The position numbers and the translations under genes are program-made. 64,000 nt of DNA from an uncultured Pelagibacteraceae bacterium (GTDB taxonomy: Bacteria > Pseudomonadota > Alphaproteobacteria > Pelagibacterales > Pelagibacteraceae): positions 8,415-72,414 of the forward strand of contig CACEEO010000001.1 in assembly GCA_902558585.1 (NCBI GenBank). Reading direction: 5' to 3'. Position 1 is the first letter of the stretch. Each line of letters begins with the position of its first letter. Shown piece after piece: positions 52,122 through 63,592 of this stretch. The notes under the pieces are model-generated. The model had not been told where the DNA came from and did no database searches. It saw nothing but the letters and a program-made list of their open reading frames with translations.

Positions 52122-52835
52122 TTATTTTTTTTCTTCAGCGGGTTTTTTATCTTCACCTTCTTTTTTATCACCTTCAGTTGCTGGCTTATCTCCACCCTCA
52201 GCTGCTGCCGCTTCTGCTCCTTCAGCACCTTCTCCCTCAGCAGCCTCAGCTTCTGCAGGTTTTTCAGGTTCTTTCATAACAGTCGGAGCTGCTAGAGTTG
52301 CAATTACGAAATCTCTTCCTTGAATTGTAGGAGTAACGTCACTGTCAAGATTTATAGAAGAGATCTTAAAACTCTCTCCAATATCAACTCCGTCAAGATC
52401 TATCACAAGATTTTCAGGAATTTTTTCGCTTGGACATTTTAGCTCAACTTTTCTTCGTACAATGTTTAAAACCCCACCTCTTTTCAAACCAGGAGATTTT
52501 TCATGATTTAAAAATTTTACCGGAACTTCAATTCTAACTTTTATGCCTGAAACTATTCTTAGAAAGTCTACATGAATTGGTTCATCTGAAATAATGTCAT
52601 ATTTTATTTCTCTTGGTAGAACTTTTTGAGGTTTACCATCAACATTTAAAGTTATGATGCTTGATAAAAAGTTTTCTTTTTCAATTAGTGACTTGAGTAT
52701 TTTTTTAGATATTGAAATTTTCTCGTTTTGAGCCTCTCCACCATAAATTATAGCAGGCACATCACCATTATCTCTTAATGAATTTAATTCACCTTTAGTT
52801 TTGGTATTTCTGATGTTGGCGTCTAATGAATTCAT
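52122..52835 (-). CDS. rplY: 50S ribosomal protein L25/Ctc
   Basis: VPAIIYG, HVDF, PGLKRGG; acidic tail; prs-rplY-pth-ychF order. Confidence 0.97.
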   Translation of the reverse strand: MNSLDANIRNTKTKGELNSLRDNGDVPAIIYGGEAQNEKISISKKILKSLIEKENFLSSIITLNVDGKPQKVLPREIKYDIISDEPIHVDFLRIVSGIKVRIEVPVKFLNHEKSPGLKRGGVLNIVRRKVELKCPSEKIPENLVIDLDGVDIGESFKISSINLDSDVTPTIQGRDFVIATLAAPTVMKEPEKPAEAEAAEGEGAEGAEAAAAEGGDKPATEGDKKEGEDKKPAEEKK

Positions 52836-52880
52836 AAAAACAAGGGTTTTTAGCTCAAGTTACTTAATAACTCAAGGTAT

Positions 52881-53813
52881 TTATTTGAATAAATCTGATA
52901 CTGAGGTTGAATTAGATATTCTTTTAATTGCTTCTCCCATAAGCCCTGAAATTGACAGAACCTCAATGTTTTTAACACCTTTGGTTCTGCTCATGTTATC
53001 GATTGTATCAGTTATTACTAAATTCTTAATTACTGAATTTTTAATTTTTTTTACAGCTTCACCACTAAGTACACCATGAGTTATATAGACATAAACTTCT
53101 TTAGCCCCTCTATCTTTTAGAGCTTTAGCTGCATTTACTATTGTTCCACCAGAATCGATTATATCATCTACAATTATGCAAGTTTTACCTTTTACATCTC
53201 CTATCACATTCATGACTTGAGATTGACCTGGTTTTGGTCGTCTTTTATCTACAATCGCTAATCCAACATTTAATAGTTTACCTAGTGCTCTTGCTCGCTC
53301 AGTTCCACCCACATCTGGAGCAACACAAATTAGGTTTTTACTTTTTATCTTTTTTTTTGCATGTCTTGCAAAAATAGGTGTTGCAAACAAGTTGTCTACC
53401 GGAATATCAAAGAAACCTTGAATTTGACCTGCATGCAAATCAACAGTAACTACTCTGTCAGCACCAGCTTTTGTAATTAAGTTTGATACTAATTTTGCAG
53501 AAATTGAAGTTCTAGGTACTACTTTTCTGTCCTGCCTAGCATAACCAAAATATGGAATTACTGCAGTTATATTTTTCGCAGAAGATCTTTTTAGCGCATC
53601 AATACACAATAAGAGTTCCATCAAATTATCATTAGCAGGCGAAGATACTGATTGAATTATAAAAATACTGTTACCTCTGATATTCTCATTTATTTCAACA
53701 TAAATTTCTCCATCAGAAAAATTTCTAATGCTTGAGTTAACCAATTTAGATTTTAGATATTTAGCAATATTTTTGCTTAATGGTTTATTGCTATTTCCGG
53801 ATAATAATTTCAT
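52881..53813 (-). CDS. prs: Ribose-phosphate pyrophosphokinase
   Basis: [37 protein letters not shown]. Confidence 0.99.
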   Translation of the reverse strand: MKLLSGNSNKPLSKNIAKYLKSKLVNSSIRNFSDGEIYVEINENIRGNSIFIIQSVSSPANDNLMELLLCIDALKRSSAKNITAVIPYFGYARQDRKVVPRTSISAKLVSNLITKAGADRVVTVDLHAGQIQGFFDIPVDNLFATPIFARHAKKKIKSKNLICVAPDVGGTERARALGKLLNVGLAIVDKRRPKPGQSQVMNVIGDVKGKTCIIVDDIIDSGGTIVNAAKALKDRGAKEVYVYITHGVLSGEAVKKIKNSVIKNLVITDTIDNMSRTKGVKNIEVLSISGLMGEAIKRISNSTSVSDLFK

Positions 53814-53823
53814 TAAAAAAAAC

Positions 53824-54582
53824 CTAATTAAGCATAATTATTGAAATATTTCTACCATAATCATCATGATTTAGCCTTAACGCTCTTCTCGCACTAAAAA
53901 AATTATTATTAATATCAAATGTATCAATATTTAAAGACTCAATATTTTTAACTTTATTCTTTAAAAGACATGATTTTATATATTTAGGTAAATCAAAATA
54001 AAGCTTTTTGTACTTAATTTTAAAAAATTTATTATTTTTTTTATCCTTTTTAACAAATTTTCTTTTAAAATCTTCTTTGACTTCATAATTTTTAACCGAA
54101 ATAGCAGGTCCGATAGCTGCAGTAATATTTTTAGGACTAGATCCTTTTTTGATCATAAATTGGATTACTCTACTAATTATATCCTTGTATGCACCTTTCC
54201 ACCCCGCATGAATTGCTGCAACTAATTTTGTTTTTTTATCACAGATTAAAATCGGCACACAGTCAGCAGTTAAAACACCAATTGGTATGTTTTTTTGGTT
54301 TGTAATTATTGCGTCTGCTTTTGGTTTTGATTTAAATGTAATTTTTTTGTTAATATAAACAAATTTATTACTATGTATTTGATGAAGTAAAAAAATACTT
54401 TTAGCGGTGCTTTTTATTTTTTTTTTAACAATTTGTAAATTTTTTTTAACATTTGAGGGATTATCTTTAGAACCAGGACCACAGTTTAAACTTTTATAAA
54501 TTTTTTTTGATTTACCACCAGTTTTATTAAAAAAACCATGTCTAATTGTTTTAATTTTTGAGAGTTTTTTTGATTTTATCAA
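53824..54582 (-). CDS. pgeF: PgeF/YfiH family protein
   Basis: QIHS, TADCVP, HAGWKG, IGPAI, FFSARR. Confidence 0.93.
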   Translation of the reverse strand: MIKSKKLSKIKTIRHGFFNKTGGKSKKIYKSLNCGPGSKDNPSNVKKNLQIVKKKIKSTAKSIFLLHQIHSNKFVYINKKITFKSKPKADAIITNQKNIPIGVLTADCVPILICDKKTKLVAAIHAGWKGAYKDIISRVIQFMIKKGSSPKNITAAIGPAISVKNYEVKEDFKRKFVKKDKKNNKFFKIKYKKLYFDLPKYIKSCLLKNKVKNIESLNIDTFDINNNFFSARRALRLNHDDYGRNISIIMLN

Positions 54583-55619
54583 TTTTGAAAACCTGTTTTA
54601 AAATTATTTTTCTTATTTTTTACAAGCATGACTTTGAACAATTCACCCATTTGCTTTTCATCTATCAAACGTCTTACTCGATAAAATAAATCTGCTTTTT
54701 TAGAAAATGCTATATTTTTGCTGACTATTTCTGCTCTTTGAAGAATACCCATGCTTGTTAAAAATTTTTTTTGATTTGTAAAAATTAAATTAATTTCTTT
54801 AAATTGACTTATAAATTTCTCAAAAGAATGAAAGTTTATATTATAAGTAATATCAGAGTCTCCAATATTTTCTAAAATGTTAGAATATTTGTGATTATTT
54901 ACTGCCTGAAGAGTTTCATGCATTTTACTGTCTGCATAACCATAATCAATAACCAACATTCCTCCATCATTTTTTTTTATTAAATCGCAAATTGCTCTTA
55001 AATATTTAAATGTATCTGGTGAATATTCTATAACGTTCTGATTTTTTGATATTTCAAAATTTAGATGTTTCTCAATTTTTTCTATATCAATTTTTTCATC
55101 TTTAAACTCAGCTTTTTTTGAATCATTCAAATTCACAAATCTTTCAAACCAACCATCTTTTTTTTTAAAAAATTGTTTGATTGGTATGGCATCAAAGAAT
55201 TCATTAGCCAAAAATATTGTTGGGTTTGAGTTTATTTTTTCAATATTTTTTAACCATAAAAATTTTTTAGAATTTAAATTTTTTTTTTGTTTATTTATTA
55301 AAAAATCACTTTTTTCGTGAATTACAAAACTGCATGCATTGTAACATTCGGGAAAATTTATAAGTGTCTCATCTATGACTTTCATCATTTCGCCATTTCC
55401 AGCTCCTAGCTCTAGCAAATTAAATTTTTTTGGACTGCCTATACTTTTCCAAAAAGTAATTGTCCAAATTGCAATTATTTCTGAAAATAATCTTGTAATA
55501 TTAGGAGCAGTAATAAAGTCACCATCCTCACCAAAAGGATTCTTTTTCATATAAAAACCTTTATCCTTATCGTAAAGAGCAAAATTTATAAATTGATCTA
55601 GTGGTAAACTATTTGTCAT
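54579..55619 (-). CDS. SAM-dependent methyltransferase (MidA/NDUFAF7 family)
   Basis: GDFITAP, ELGAGNG, ANEFFDAIP, IDYG, MGELFKV; ATG 55619. Confidence 0.9.
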   Translation of the reverse strand: MTNSLPLDQFINFALYDKDKGFYMKKNPFGEDGDFITAPNITRLFSEIIAIWTITFWKSIGSPKKFNLLELGAGNGEMMKVIDETLINFPECYNACSFVIHEKSDFLINKQKKNLNSKKFLWLKNIEKINSNPTIFLANEFFDAIPIKQFFKKKDGWFERFVNLNDSKKAEFKDEKIDIEKIEKHLNFEISKNQNVIEYSPDTFKYLRAICDLIKKNDGGMLVIDYGYADSKMHETLQAVNNHKYSNILENIGDSDITYNINFHSFEKFISQFKEINLIFTNQKKFLTSMGILQRAEIVSKNIAFSKKADLFYRVRRLIDEKQMGELFKVMLVKNKKNNFKTGFQN

Positions 55620-56388
55620 AGCGAGTTTCATATTTTAAATAAAATAAGATTATCCCTGACAATATAAATATTAAACTTACTACTTGCCCCATTGTTAAGT
55701 TTAAAAATATATAACCTAGCTGTTCATCTGGTACTCTATAAAATTCAACAATAAATCTAAAGATTGAGTAAATTATTAAAAATAATCCTGAAATTACACC
55801 AGGTTTTTTTGAAAATTTGTTTTTAAAATAAATTAATAATAAAAATAAAAATAATCCTTCTAATAGTGCTTCATATAATTGCGAGGGATGCCTGGGAAGA
55901 TTATCTACTTGAACAAATGTTACTGACCAGGGCACATTAGTTATAGTTCCATATAATTCTGAATTTATAAAGTTTGCTATTCTTCCAAAAAATAAACCGA
56001 CTGGAGCTACTAAAGCGACAATATCTAAATATAAGAATGGGTTTTGATTATTTTTCTTTGCAAAAAATATAGATGCGAAAATAACTCCAATTACACCACC
56101 ATGGAAGGACATTCCTCCTTGCCAAATTTTAAATATATCTAATGGATTATTTATATAAAAACTTAAATTATAAATAAAAATATAACCAAGTCTTCCTCCT
56201 AAAATTATTCCTATAATTAAATACGTTAAATAATCATCAAATTTTTTTTTAACTTCTATGTCTTGGATAAATAATTTTTTAGCTAGTATCCAGCCCAATA
56301 TAATTCCAAATATATAAGCTAGAGAATACCACCTGACTTCTAAAGAAAATATTTCTAAGGCTACTGGGTCAAAATTATTAATGAACAT
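55609..56388 (-). CDS. lgt: Prolipoprotein diacylglyceryl transferase
   Basis: RWY, GGRLGY, GGMSFHGG, GRIANFINSELYG, HPSQLYE. Confidence 0.98.
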   Translation of the reverse strand: MFINNFDPVALEIFSLEVRWYSLAYIFGIILGWILAKKLFIQDIEVKKKFDDYLTYLIIGIILGGRLGYIFIYNLSFYINNPLDIFKIWQGGMSFHGGVIGVIFASIFFAKKNNQNPFLYLDIVALVAPVGLFFGRIANFINSELYGTITNVPWSVTFVQVDNLPRHPSQLYEALLEGLFLFLLLIYFKNKFSKKPGVISGLFLIIYSIFRFIVEFYRVPDEQLGYIFLNLTMGQVVSLIFILSGIILFYLKYETRYDK

Positions 56389-56405
56389 TTTTAATAATAC
56401 TTATA

Positions 56406-56672
56406 ATGTATATCTTAAATATGAAAAATTCTAAATTTATAATTGATAAGTTTGCAAAATTAATAGAGCAGGGACTAGTCTCTTCAAAAGATTTAACTAC
56501 AGAACTATTTAATATCTTAAAATCTAAAAGAGATGAGTTTGTTTTTAAAATGAAACTTACTAGTAAAGATGAGTTTGAAATACTCTCAAAACGTGTTGAG
56601 AATCTTGAAAATAAAATATCAAAACTTGAGAAAAAAAAAGTAAAAAAAGTTAAACAGGCAAGAAAACCTTAA
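56406..56672 (+). CDS. UbiK/BMFP-like small coiled-coil protein
   Basis: L.SKDEFE....RVENLE motif; divergent from lgt; true start may be ATG 56421. Confidence 0.7.
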   Translation: MYILNMKNSKFIIDKFAKLIEQGLVSSKDLTTELFNILKSKRDEFVFKMKLTSKDEFEILSKRVENLENKISKLEKKKVKKVKQARKP

Positions 56673-57969
56673 CTCTTAAACCATCCATTTTTGATTTTTC
56701 CAACATTATATTTCCTCCATGAGATTTAATAATGTCTGATGAAATTGATAAACCAAGACCAACACTTGATTTAGACTCTGCTCGACCCTTGTCTATTTTA
56801 TAGAAAGGTTTAAATACATTTTCATACTCATTTTTTGGTATTCCAGGACCATCATCATCAATAATAATGAATAAGTTTGTATTTTTTTTATTTAAGCTAA
56901 TTTCAACTTTATTTGCATATTTCAGTGAATTATCAATTAGATTATTTAGACATCTATTAATTAAATTTTTCCTGCCATTAAAGTAAATTCTTGGTGTTAA
57001 GTTTTGTGAAATATTTTCATTATTATATTTTTCGATAACTTCTGAAATTAATTCAGATAGATTAAACATTTCATCTTTTTCAACATATGATGAGCTGGTA
57101 AATTGTAAATATTCATTTAACATTTTCTCCATTTCATTGATGTCTTCAGTTAATTTATTAACAGTTTCTTTATCTTTTATAAAAGCTAATTGTAGTTTCA
57201 TCCTTGTTAAAGGCGTCCTTAAGTCATGACTTATTCCAGATAACATTTCTGTTCTTTGATTTATGTGTCTTTCAATTCTCTTTCTCATTTTATCAAATTC
57301 ATGTCCTGCTTGTCTTATCTCAAGGGCTCCAGAAGGTTTGAACTCTTCAATATTTTCTCCTTTACCAAACCTTTCAGCCGCACGAGCTAGATTTGTGATT
57401 GGTCTAGTTTGATTTTTTAAAAATATTAGAGAAATGATCACCATTATAATTGCAGGTACTGTGATCCAAAGTGCAAATATTCTTGCTGAAGAACTTGCAA
57501 CTCTATCTTTAGGTACTAAAAATTTAAAATAACCATCTTCATATTTAATTCTTAAATCAATTAATTCTTTATAACTTGTTGTATTAAACCAGTATTCATT
57601 TAATCCAAATTTAGATTTTAGCTCTCTTCTTAAAGTTCTGTCTATAGGACTAAACCATCTTTCATTATCCGTATTTTGTAATTTTTCGTTATTGGTGAAT
57701 TCAATATTTAAATCTAAAAATATAGAAAAAAGATCTAGCAACTCTTGTTTATTTTCTTGCTCACTTCCGTAAGCTTCAATAAATGTACTAATTTCGTTTA
57801 CCAAAGTTCTTGTCATGCCTTTGTTTGTTTTGATCCAAAGGCTATCAAAAAAAACAATTGTAATTACTAATTGTAGAACCAAAACTGGAATAGCAACAAT
57901 AAGAAGTGCTCTATAAAATAATCTTTTTGGTAATATTTTTTTAAAGTAATCACTCAATCCAGAGAACAT
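56650..57969 (-). CDS. EnvZ-like sensor histidine kinase
   Basis: Two TMs, HAMP, SHDLRTPLTR, NLIDN, DDGPG, GLGL; ATG 57969. Confidence 0.93.
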   Translation of the reverse strand: MFSGLSDYFKKILPKRLFYRALLIVAIPVLVLQLVITIVFFDSLWIKTNKGMTRTLVNEISTFIEAYGSEQENKQELLDLFSIFLDLNIEFTNNEKLQNTDNERWFSPIDRTLRRELKSKFGLNEYWFNTTSYKELIDLRIKYEDGYFKFLVPKDRVASSSARIFALWITVPAIIMVIISLIFLKNQTRPITNLARAAERFGKGENIEEFKPSGALEIRQAGHEFDKMRKRIERHINQRTEMLSGISHDLRTPLTRMKLQLAFIKDKETVNKLTEDINEMEKMLNEYLQFTSSSYVEKDEMFNLSELISEVIEKYNNENISQNLTPRIYFNGRKNLINRCLNNLIDNSLKYANKVEISLNKKNTNLFIIIDDDGPGIPKNEYENVFKPFYKIDKGRAESKSSVGLGLSISSDIIKSHGGNIMLEKSKMDGLRVKVFLPV

Positions 57970-58627
57970 ATCCCGCACCTCTTATTGTCTGTAAAAATTT
58001 TGGATTTTTTGGATCAATTTCAATCTTTTTTCTAAGCCGAGTAATAATAACATCTATTGATCTTTCTTTATCTAGATTAATTAATTGACCAATGTCTTCC
58101 CTGGAAAGTGTTTTACCTGGATTATTAATCATTTTTTCTAAAATTGTTTTTTCAGTTGCATTTATTTTAAATTCTTTATCACTTTTAAATATTAAAAGTT
58201 TGTTCAAATCAATTTTCACATTTTCAAATTCTATAACCCTTTTTTGATCTGTTTTGATAGTTTTATTTAATATGTTTTGTATTCTTAGAATTAGTTCTTT
58301 TGGTTCAAATGGTTTCGGTAAATAATCATCGGCACCAATCTCTAACCCTTCGACCCTTTCATTTGCCTCACCTTTAGCTGTTAGAAGTATAACTGGTGTA
58401 TCTAATTTTTTTTTATTTTCTCTTAAAAATTCAAGCCCACTTTTACCTGGCATCATGATATCCAAAACTATCAAATCAAACTTAATTATTTTTATTTTCT
58501 CTAACGCATTTTCCGCATTTTCTGCAGTTGTAACTAAGAATTTATTTTCATTTAAATACTTTTTTACAAGAGATCTAATTCCATCATCATCATCAACCAC
58601 TAGTATATGTGCGATAAACTTATCCAT
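57950..58627 (-). CDS. OmpR-family response regulator
   Basis: VVDDD, LDIMMPG, GADDYLPKPF, winged helix RSIDV..RLRKK..TIRG.GY. Confidence 0.95.
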   Translation of the reverse strand: MDKFIAHILVVDDDDGIRSLVKKYLNENKFLVTTAENAENALEKIKIIKFDLIVLDIMMPGKSGLEFLRENKKKLDTPVILLTAKGEANERVEGLEIGADDYLPKPFEPKELILRIQNILNKTIKTDQKRVIEFENVKIDLNKLLIFKSDKEFKINATEKTILEKMINNPGKTLSREDIGQLINLDKERSIDVIITRLRKKIEIDPKNPKFLQTIRGAGYVLWIE

Positions 58628-59057
58628 TAATTATCTTACTTATAACATTATCAAAATTTATTACTTCTTCAGAGCTTGAATTTAGCAAAGCATTATAAAT
58701 TCTCTTTTTTTGTAGAGTGAAAATTTCATTAAAAATTTTTTTACCTTTATCGTTAAGAAAAACATGCTTTACCCTAGTGTCATGATTATCTTTTTTAAAC
58801 ATTATGATTTCAAGTTTAATTAAATCTTTAAGAACACGATTTAAGCTTTGTTTTGTGACTTTTAATCTTTTTAGCAGCTCAGAGATTGAGATCCCTTCAT
58901 ACATTGACAATAAATGAATTACTTTATGGTGTGCCAAACCAATTGAATATCTATCTAATATTTTTTTTGAGTCAGAAAAGGTTTCTCTGTAGCTTACAAA
59001 TAGTTTTTCAATAAGATCTTTAAGCTGGTCATCTTTTAAATATAAAAGTTCTTTCAT
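58620..59057 (-). CDS. MarR-family regulator (PetP-like)
   Basis: GLAHHK, VTKQSLNRVL, DTRVK..L..KG. Confidence 0.9.
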   Translation of the reverse strand: MKELLYLKDDQLKDLIEKLFVSYRETFSDSKKILDRYSIGLAHHKVIHLLSMYEGISISELLKRLKVTKQSLNRVLKDLIKLEIIMFKKDNHDTRVKHVFLNDKGKKIFNEIFTLQKKRIYNALLNSSSEEVINFDNVISKIING

Positions 59058-59059
59058 AA

Positions 59060-59101
59060 TAGGTAAGTTATATTGACATATTAAAGATACAAAGATATTT
59101 T
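59060..59101 (+). promoter_or_regulatory. sigma70 promoter of ilvE overlapped by an imperfect palindrome
   Basis: TTGACA (59073-59078)-N17-TATTTT (59096-59101); TAGGTAA-N7-TGACATA (59060-59080). Confidence 0.55.
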
Positions 59102-59130
59102 TCAGTTATAAATTAAAAAAATTTTCACAC

Positions 59131-60012
59131 ATGATACCTTACGACAAGAGATCTGGAAAAATATGGTACAACAACGAATTAGTTGATTGGGCTGATGTTA
59201 AACTGCATGTTTTAAGCCATGGTATGCACTATGCTAGTTGTGTATTTGAAGGTGAGAGAGTTTATGATGGTTCAATTTTCAAATTAGAAGAGCACACAGC
59301 CAGATTTTTTCATTCTGCTAGAAGAATGGGTTTTGAAATTCCATATACAGAAGAAGAAATCAATAATGCATCGAATACAATTATAGCAACCCAAAAAGTG
59401 GAAAATGGTTATGTAAGACCTGTTGCTTGGAGAGGTAGTGAGATGATGGCTATTTCTGCACAACAAACAAAAATACATGTTGCAATTGCAACATGGGAAT
59501 GGGGATCATATTTTGATCCCAAACTTAAAGTAGAAGGAATTAGATTAAATATTTCAAATTGGAGAAGACCAGCACCTAATACAATACCATGGGATACAAA
59601 GGCCTCAGGTCTTTACATGATTTGTACTTTATCAAAACATGAAGCAGAAAAGCAAGGTTACACAGATTCTTTAATGCTTGATCATGAAGGAAACATTGCA
59701 GAAGCAACTGGAGCAAATATTTTTTTCAAAGATAAAAATGGGGAAATTCACACTCCAATACCAGATTCTTTTTTAGATGGTATTACAAGAAGAACTGTAA
59801 TTGGAATTGCAAAATCAAAAAATATAAAAGTGCATGAAAGAAAAATTAGTCCAACTGAATTACCTAATTTTGTTGGATGTTTTTTAACTGGAACAGCAGC
59901 AGAAGTAACACCAGTATCTTGTATTGCTGAAAATCAATTTAAAGTTTGTGATACTATTATTGATTTAAATGAAAATTATCAGGCATTAGTTAGGAAGAAA
60001 AAAGCAGCCTAG
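59131..60012 (+). CDS. ilvE: Branched-chain amino acid aminotransferase
   Basis: HYASCVFEG, YVRP, KASGLY, EATGANIF, LDGITR, TGTAAEV. Confidence 0.96.
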   Translation: MIPYDKRSGKIWYNNELVDWADVKLHVLSHGMHYASCVFEGERVYDGSIFKLEEHTARFFHSARRMGFEIPYTEEEINNASNTIIATQKVENGYVRPVAWRGSEMMAISAQQTKIHVAIATWEWGSYFDPKLKVEGIRLNISNWRRPAPNTIPWDTKASGLYMICTLSKHEAEKQGYTDSLMLDHEGNIAEATGANIFFKDKNGEIHTPIPDSFLDGITRRTVIGIAKSKNIKVHERKISPTELPNFVGCFLTGTAAEVTPVSCIAENQFKVCDTIIDLNENYQALVRKKKAA

Positions 60013-60593
60013 TCTTTACTATCTTCAGACATAGCGTGATCAATACCTTTTCGCATATAATCATATGCAGTAAAAAGTGTTAAAACAGCTGATAACCACA
60101 AAAGAATTATACCTATTGTTTGAGCGTTATAATCTTGGAAATTAATTATTTTATTTCCTGTATCTCCAGATAATAAAAGAGCTATCGATACCATTTGCAA
60201 TACTGTTTTAAGCTTAGCAAGGTTTGAAACAGGAAGTTTTATTTTTCCTTTTGCTAAAAATTCTCTCAAACCTGAAATTAAAATTTCTCTTGTAAGAATT
60301 ATTATTGCTGCAATTACCTCATAATTTCTTATTGTTCCATCCATAACCAGAAGTATTAATGCTGTAGCAACAATAATTTTATCAGCAATAGGATCTAATA
60401 ATTCACCCAGTTTTGACTCTACTCCAAATATTCTGGCCAACATACCATCTAAAAAGTCTGTAAATGACGCAACAATAAATAATATTAAAGCAGTAAGATC
60501 ACCATAAAATCCTGGAAGATAAAAAGCTAAAACAAAAAAAGGAACAATTATTATTCGTCCTATCGTTAATATATTTGGAATTTTTTTTAGCAT
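60009..60593 (-). CDS. pgsA: Phosphatidylglycerophosphate synthase
   Basis: PNILT..R, TDFLDG.LAR....S.LG..LDPIADK; follows uvrC. Confidence 0.97.
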   Translation of the reverse strand: MLKKIPNILTIGRIIIVPFFVLAFYLPGFYGDLTALILFIVASFTDFLDGMLARIFGVESKLGELLDPIADKIIVATALILLVMDGTIRNYEVIAAIIILTREILISGLREFLAKGKIKLPVSNLAKLKTVLQMVSIALLLSGDTGNKIINFQDYNAQTIGIILLWLSAVLTLFTAYDYMRKGIDHAMSEDSKD

Positions 60594-60595
60594 AA

Positions 60596-62431
60596 TTATT
60601 CGTGAAAAAAGTTATATATCTTTTTTGCTACTTTTTCTTCAACACCTTCTACAGATTTTATTTCATCTAAACTAGCAGACTCAACAGATCTTGCAGATCC
60701 AAAATGGTTCAATAAAGCTCTTTTTCTTATTGCACCAATCCCCTCTATTTGATCTAAAAGAGATTTGCTGATACCTTTTTTTCTCTTTGCTCTGTGGGCG
60801 CTTATGGCAAATCTATGTGATTCATCTCTTATTCTTTGAAGAAAAAATAGGGTAGGGTCATTTCTAGAGAATTTATATTCTTTGCCATTGTGAAAAAAAG
60901 TTTCATTGCCACTATTTCTAAATTTACCTTTTGCTATTGCAATAATTGGAATGTCGTGAAGTCCTAATTCATTAAGGCTCTCTCTAGCTACTGAATATTG
61001 ACCTTTTCCCCCATCCACTAGAACCAAATCAGGAAAAGCAAGGTAATTATCTTTTTCTTGAACTGCTCTTTTAAACCTTCTATTTAATACCTCTCTCATC
61101 ATTCCATAGTCGTCTTGCTCATTTTTTTTATGCTTAATATTAAATTTTCTATATCTTTTTTTGATAAATCCTTCATCGCCATAGGCTATTAAAGCGCCAA
61201 CACTATTTGTGCCTTGAATATGACTATTATCATAAACCTCGATTAAATTTATACTTGTTTCTAAATTAAATTTTTTAGCTACTGCATCGAACAATTCTTT
61301 ATTATTCTGACTTTCATAAAGTTTTCTATTAAGACTATCCTTTGCATTTTTAATTGCTTGATTAATTACTTTTAGTTTTGATCCTTTTTTAGCAACGGAA
61401 ATATTTATTTGTTTACCTTCTTTTTGTGTTAGTGTTTTTTCAATTAATACTTTTTCCTTTATTTCTTCTGAAAGAATAACTGAGGAAGGAACGCTTTTAT
61501 TTTCATAAAATTGAGAAACAAATGAATTTAGGATTTCACTAAACTTTTCATCTGGATCGTGTTTTGGGAAAAATGCTTGATTACCCCAATTTTGTTTAGA
61601 TCTATAAAAAAATACTTGAATACAAGTTTTTCCAGATTCTTTATATCCAGCAATAACATCTGCCTCAACTAAGTTTGCTTCATTAATTCTCTGCGAAGAT
61701 TGAATTATGTTTAATGCTTTAATTCTGTCTCTTAAAATTACAGCCTTTTCAAAATCAAGATCCTCACTTGCTTTTTCCATTTGGTTAGAAAGATTTTTTT
61801 GAATTTTCCTAGATTTGCCTGAAACAAATTCAATAGCATCTTCTACTGTTTGATTATATTCCTCTTTTTTTACATAACCTACACAAGGTCCGGAACATCT
61901 TTTTATTTGATATAAAATACATGGTCTTTCTCTGTTTTTGAAAACAGTGTCATCACAAACTCTTAAATGAAAAATCTTTTGGATCATTTTGATTGTCCAA
62001 TTAGCTGAACCAGCAGAGGCAAAAGGTCCAAAGTAAAAACCTTCTTTTGTTTTTTTTCCTCTATGTCTTTTTATTTGAGGCCATTTATCTTTATTACCAA
62101 TAAATATAAATGGAAATGACTTATCATCACGTAAAAGGATATTAAATTTTGGTTTATGTTTTTTAATTAAATTTGCTTCTAAAAGTAACGCTTCACTTTC
62201 ATTTGATGTTGTTGTTATCTCTAATTTTTTTGTTTGAGATAACATTCGCTCAGTTCTGATTATATGATTTTTTTCTGAAACATAACTCTTTAATCTATTC
62301 GGTAAGTTTTTGGCCTTACCTACATAAAGAATTTCATTCTTTTGATTGAGCATTCTGTATACTCCTGGAAGTTTAGGTACTAGAGGTAGCTCTTTTTTAA
62401 TTACTTCTTTTCCTGTTTCAGAGCTTATCAT
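60596..62431 (-). CDS. uvrC: Excinuclease ABC subunit C
   Basis: [35 protein letters not shown], HhH; ATG 62431 preferred. Confidence 0.98.
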   Translation of the reverse strand: MISSETGKEVIKKELPLVPKLPGVYRMLNQKNEILYVGKAKNLPNRLKSYVSEKNHIIRTERMLSQTKKLEITTTSNESEALLLEANLIKKHKPKFNILLRDDKSFPFIFIGNKDKWPQIKRHRGKKTKEGFYFGPFASAGSANWTIKMIQKIFHLRVCDDTVFKNRERPCILYQIKRCSGPCVGYVKKEEYNQTVEDAIEFVSGKSRKIQKNLSNQMEKASEDLDFEKAVILRDRIKALNIIQSSQRINEANLVEADVIAGYKESGKTCIQVFFYRSKQNWGNQAFFPKHDPDEKFSEILNSFVSQFYENKSVPSSVILSEEIKEKVLIEKTLTQKEGKQINISVAKKGSKLKVINQAIKNAKDSLNRKLYESQNNKELFDAVAKKFNLETSINLIEVYDNSHIQGTNSVGALIAYGDEGFIKKRYRKFNIKHKKNEQDDYGMMREVLNRRFKRAVQEKDNYLAFPDLVLVDGGKGQYSVARESLNELGLHDIPIIAIAKGKFRNSGNETFFHNGKEYKFSRNDPTLFFLQRIRDESHRFAISAHRAKRKKGISKSLLDQIEGIGAIRKRALLNHFGSARSVESASLDEIKSVEGVEEKVAKKIYNFFHE

Positions 62432-62843
62432 GACTTCTCTTTTTGGTAATTTGAATACCAACAGATGAACACTGTTTTAAGATTTCTAATTTTTCAATTT
62501 TTAACATAATTTTAGCAATTCTTTTGTCTTTAAATAACTCATCAAAAACAGCTTCTGCTAAAGTTTCTAGGAAATTATAATGTTTCTTTTTTACAAGTTT
62601 CGTAATTAATTTTACTATAGTTCCATAATTAACAATAGATTTTATGTCTTTATCACTTGAAGGTTTTTTATCTTCATAGTCTATTTCAAGACTAAATTTA
62701 ACTTTCTGAGGTTTTTCTTTTTCAAAATCGTAATAACCAAGTTTTAAATCTAAGATTAATTCATTAATTAGGATTTTTTTCTCATAATTAAATAGGCTTT
62801 TATTTTTGTCTATTTTGACAATTTTTAAATTATTTTTTCTCAT
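62418..62843 (-). CDS. folB: Dihydroneopterin aldolase
   Basis: [24 protein letters not shown]. Confidence 0.85.
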   Translation of the reverse strand: MRKNNLKIVKIDKNKSLFNYEKKILINELILDLKLGYYDFEKEKPQKVKFSLEIDYEDKKPSSDKDIKSIVNYGTIVKLITKLVKKKHYNFLETLAEAVFDELFKDKRIAKIMLKIEKLEILKQCSSVGIQITKKRSHDKL

Positions 62844-63592
62844 TCTTTACCCATCACATCTGGTGTTTGCCAGTTTAGATTTTGTCCGCTATCAATAGCT
62901 AAAACTTGACCGGTAATAGATATATTTTTAATAAAAAAGTCAACAGCATTACATATTTGTTCGACACCAACTTGTCTTTTTAAAGGGGTTGCCAAATATT
63001 GCTTTTTGAAATGTTTTTCAGATTGTCTTTGATTTTTTATAGTGGGGCCAGGTGCAATTGCGTTTACTCTTACATTTGGAGCCAAGCTCATAGCGCTAGT
63101 TTTTGTGAGAGTATAAAGACCTGTTTTGCTTACAGTATAAGAAAAAAAATATGGAGTTAATTTAAAAACCCTTTGATCTATAATATTAATAATATTGTTA
63201 TTTCCTTTCCTTACATTTTTTGCAAATTCTTTTGATAATAATGCTGGTGTTCTTAAATTAGTTCTAAGATGTTGCCCCCAGCTATCTGTTGTAAAATTTT
63301 CTAATTTATCATTTTCAAATAAAGAAGCATTGTTAATTAAACAATCAAAATATTTAAGTTTAGATTTTGCAAATTTTACAATTTTATTTACATCATTTTC
63401 TTTACTTAAATCACCTTTGACTAAGTAAACTTTTGTACCTTCATTAGATAACTCTTTTTTTAATTTTTCTGCTTTTAATTTTGACTTGTTATAATGGATT
63501 AAGATTTCTATATTAGGACCAGATAATTTTCTTGCAATCGCAGCACCCATTCGAGTTGCTCCACCAGTAATAATTATTTTCCGTGCTTCCAT
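62840..63592 (-). CDS. SDR oxidoreductase (pteridine reductase/FolM-like)
   Basis: TGGATRMG (Arg in Gly-rich loop), INNAS.F, IDQR, YTVSK, NAIAPG. Confidence 0.85.
   Translation of the reverse strand: MEARKIIITGGATRMGAAIARKLSGPNIEILIHYNKSKLKAEKLKKELSNEGTKVYLVKGDLSKENDVNKIVKFAKSKLKYFDCLINNASLFENDKLENFTTDSWGQHLRTNLRTPALLSKEFAKNVRKGNNNIINIIDQRVFKLTPYFFSYTVSKTGLYTLTKTSAMSLAPNVRVNAIAPGPTIKNQRQSEKHFKKQYLATPLKRQVGVEQICNAVDFFIKNISITGQVLAIDSGQNLNWQTPDVMGKE

Noticed and set aside
52122-52275. GC-richer low-complexity stretch that looks repeat-like
   Set aside because: Encodes the ordinary Ala/Glu/Gly/Lys tail of L25/Ctc
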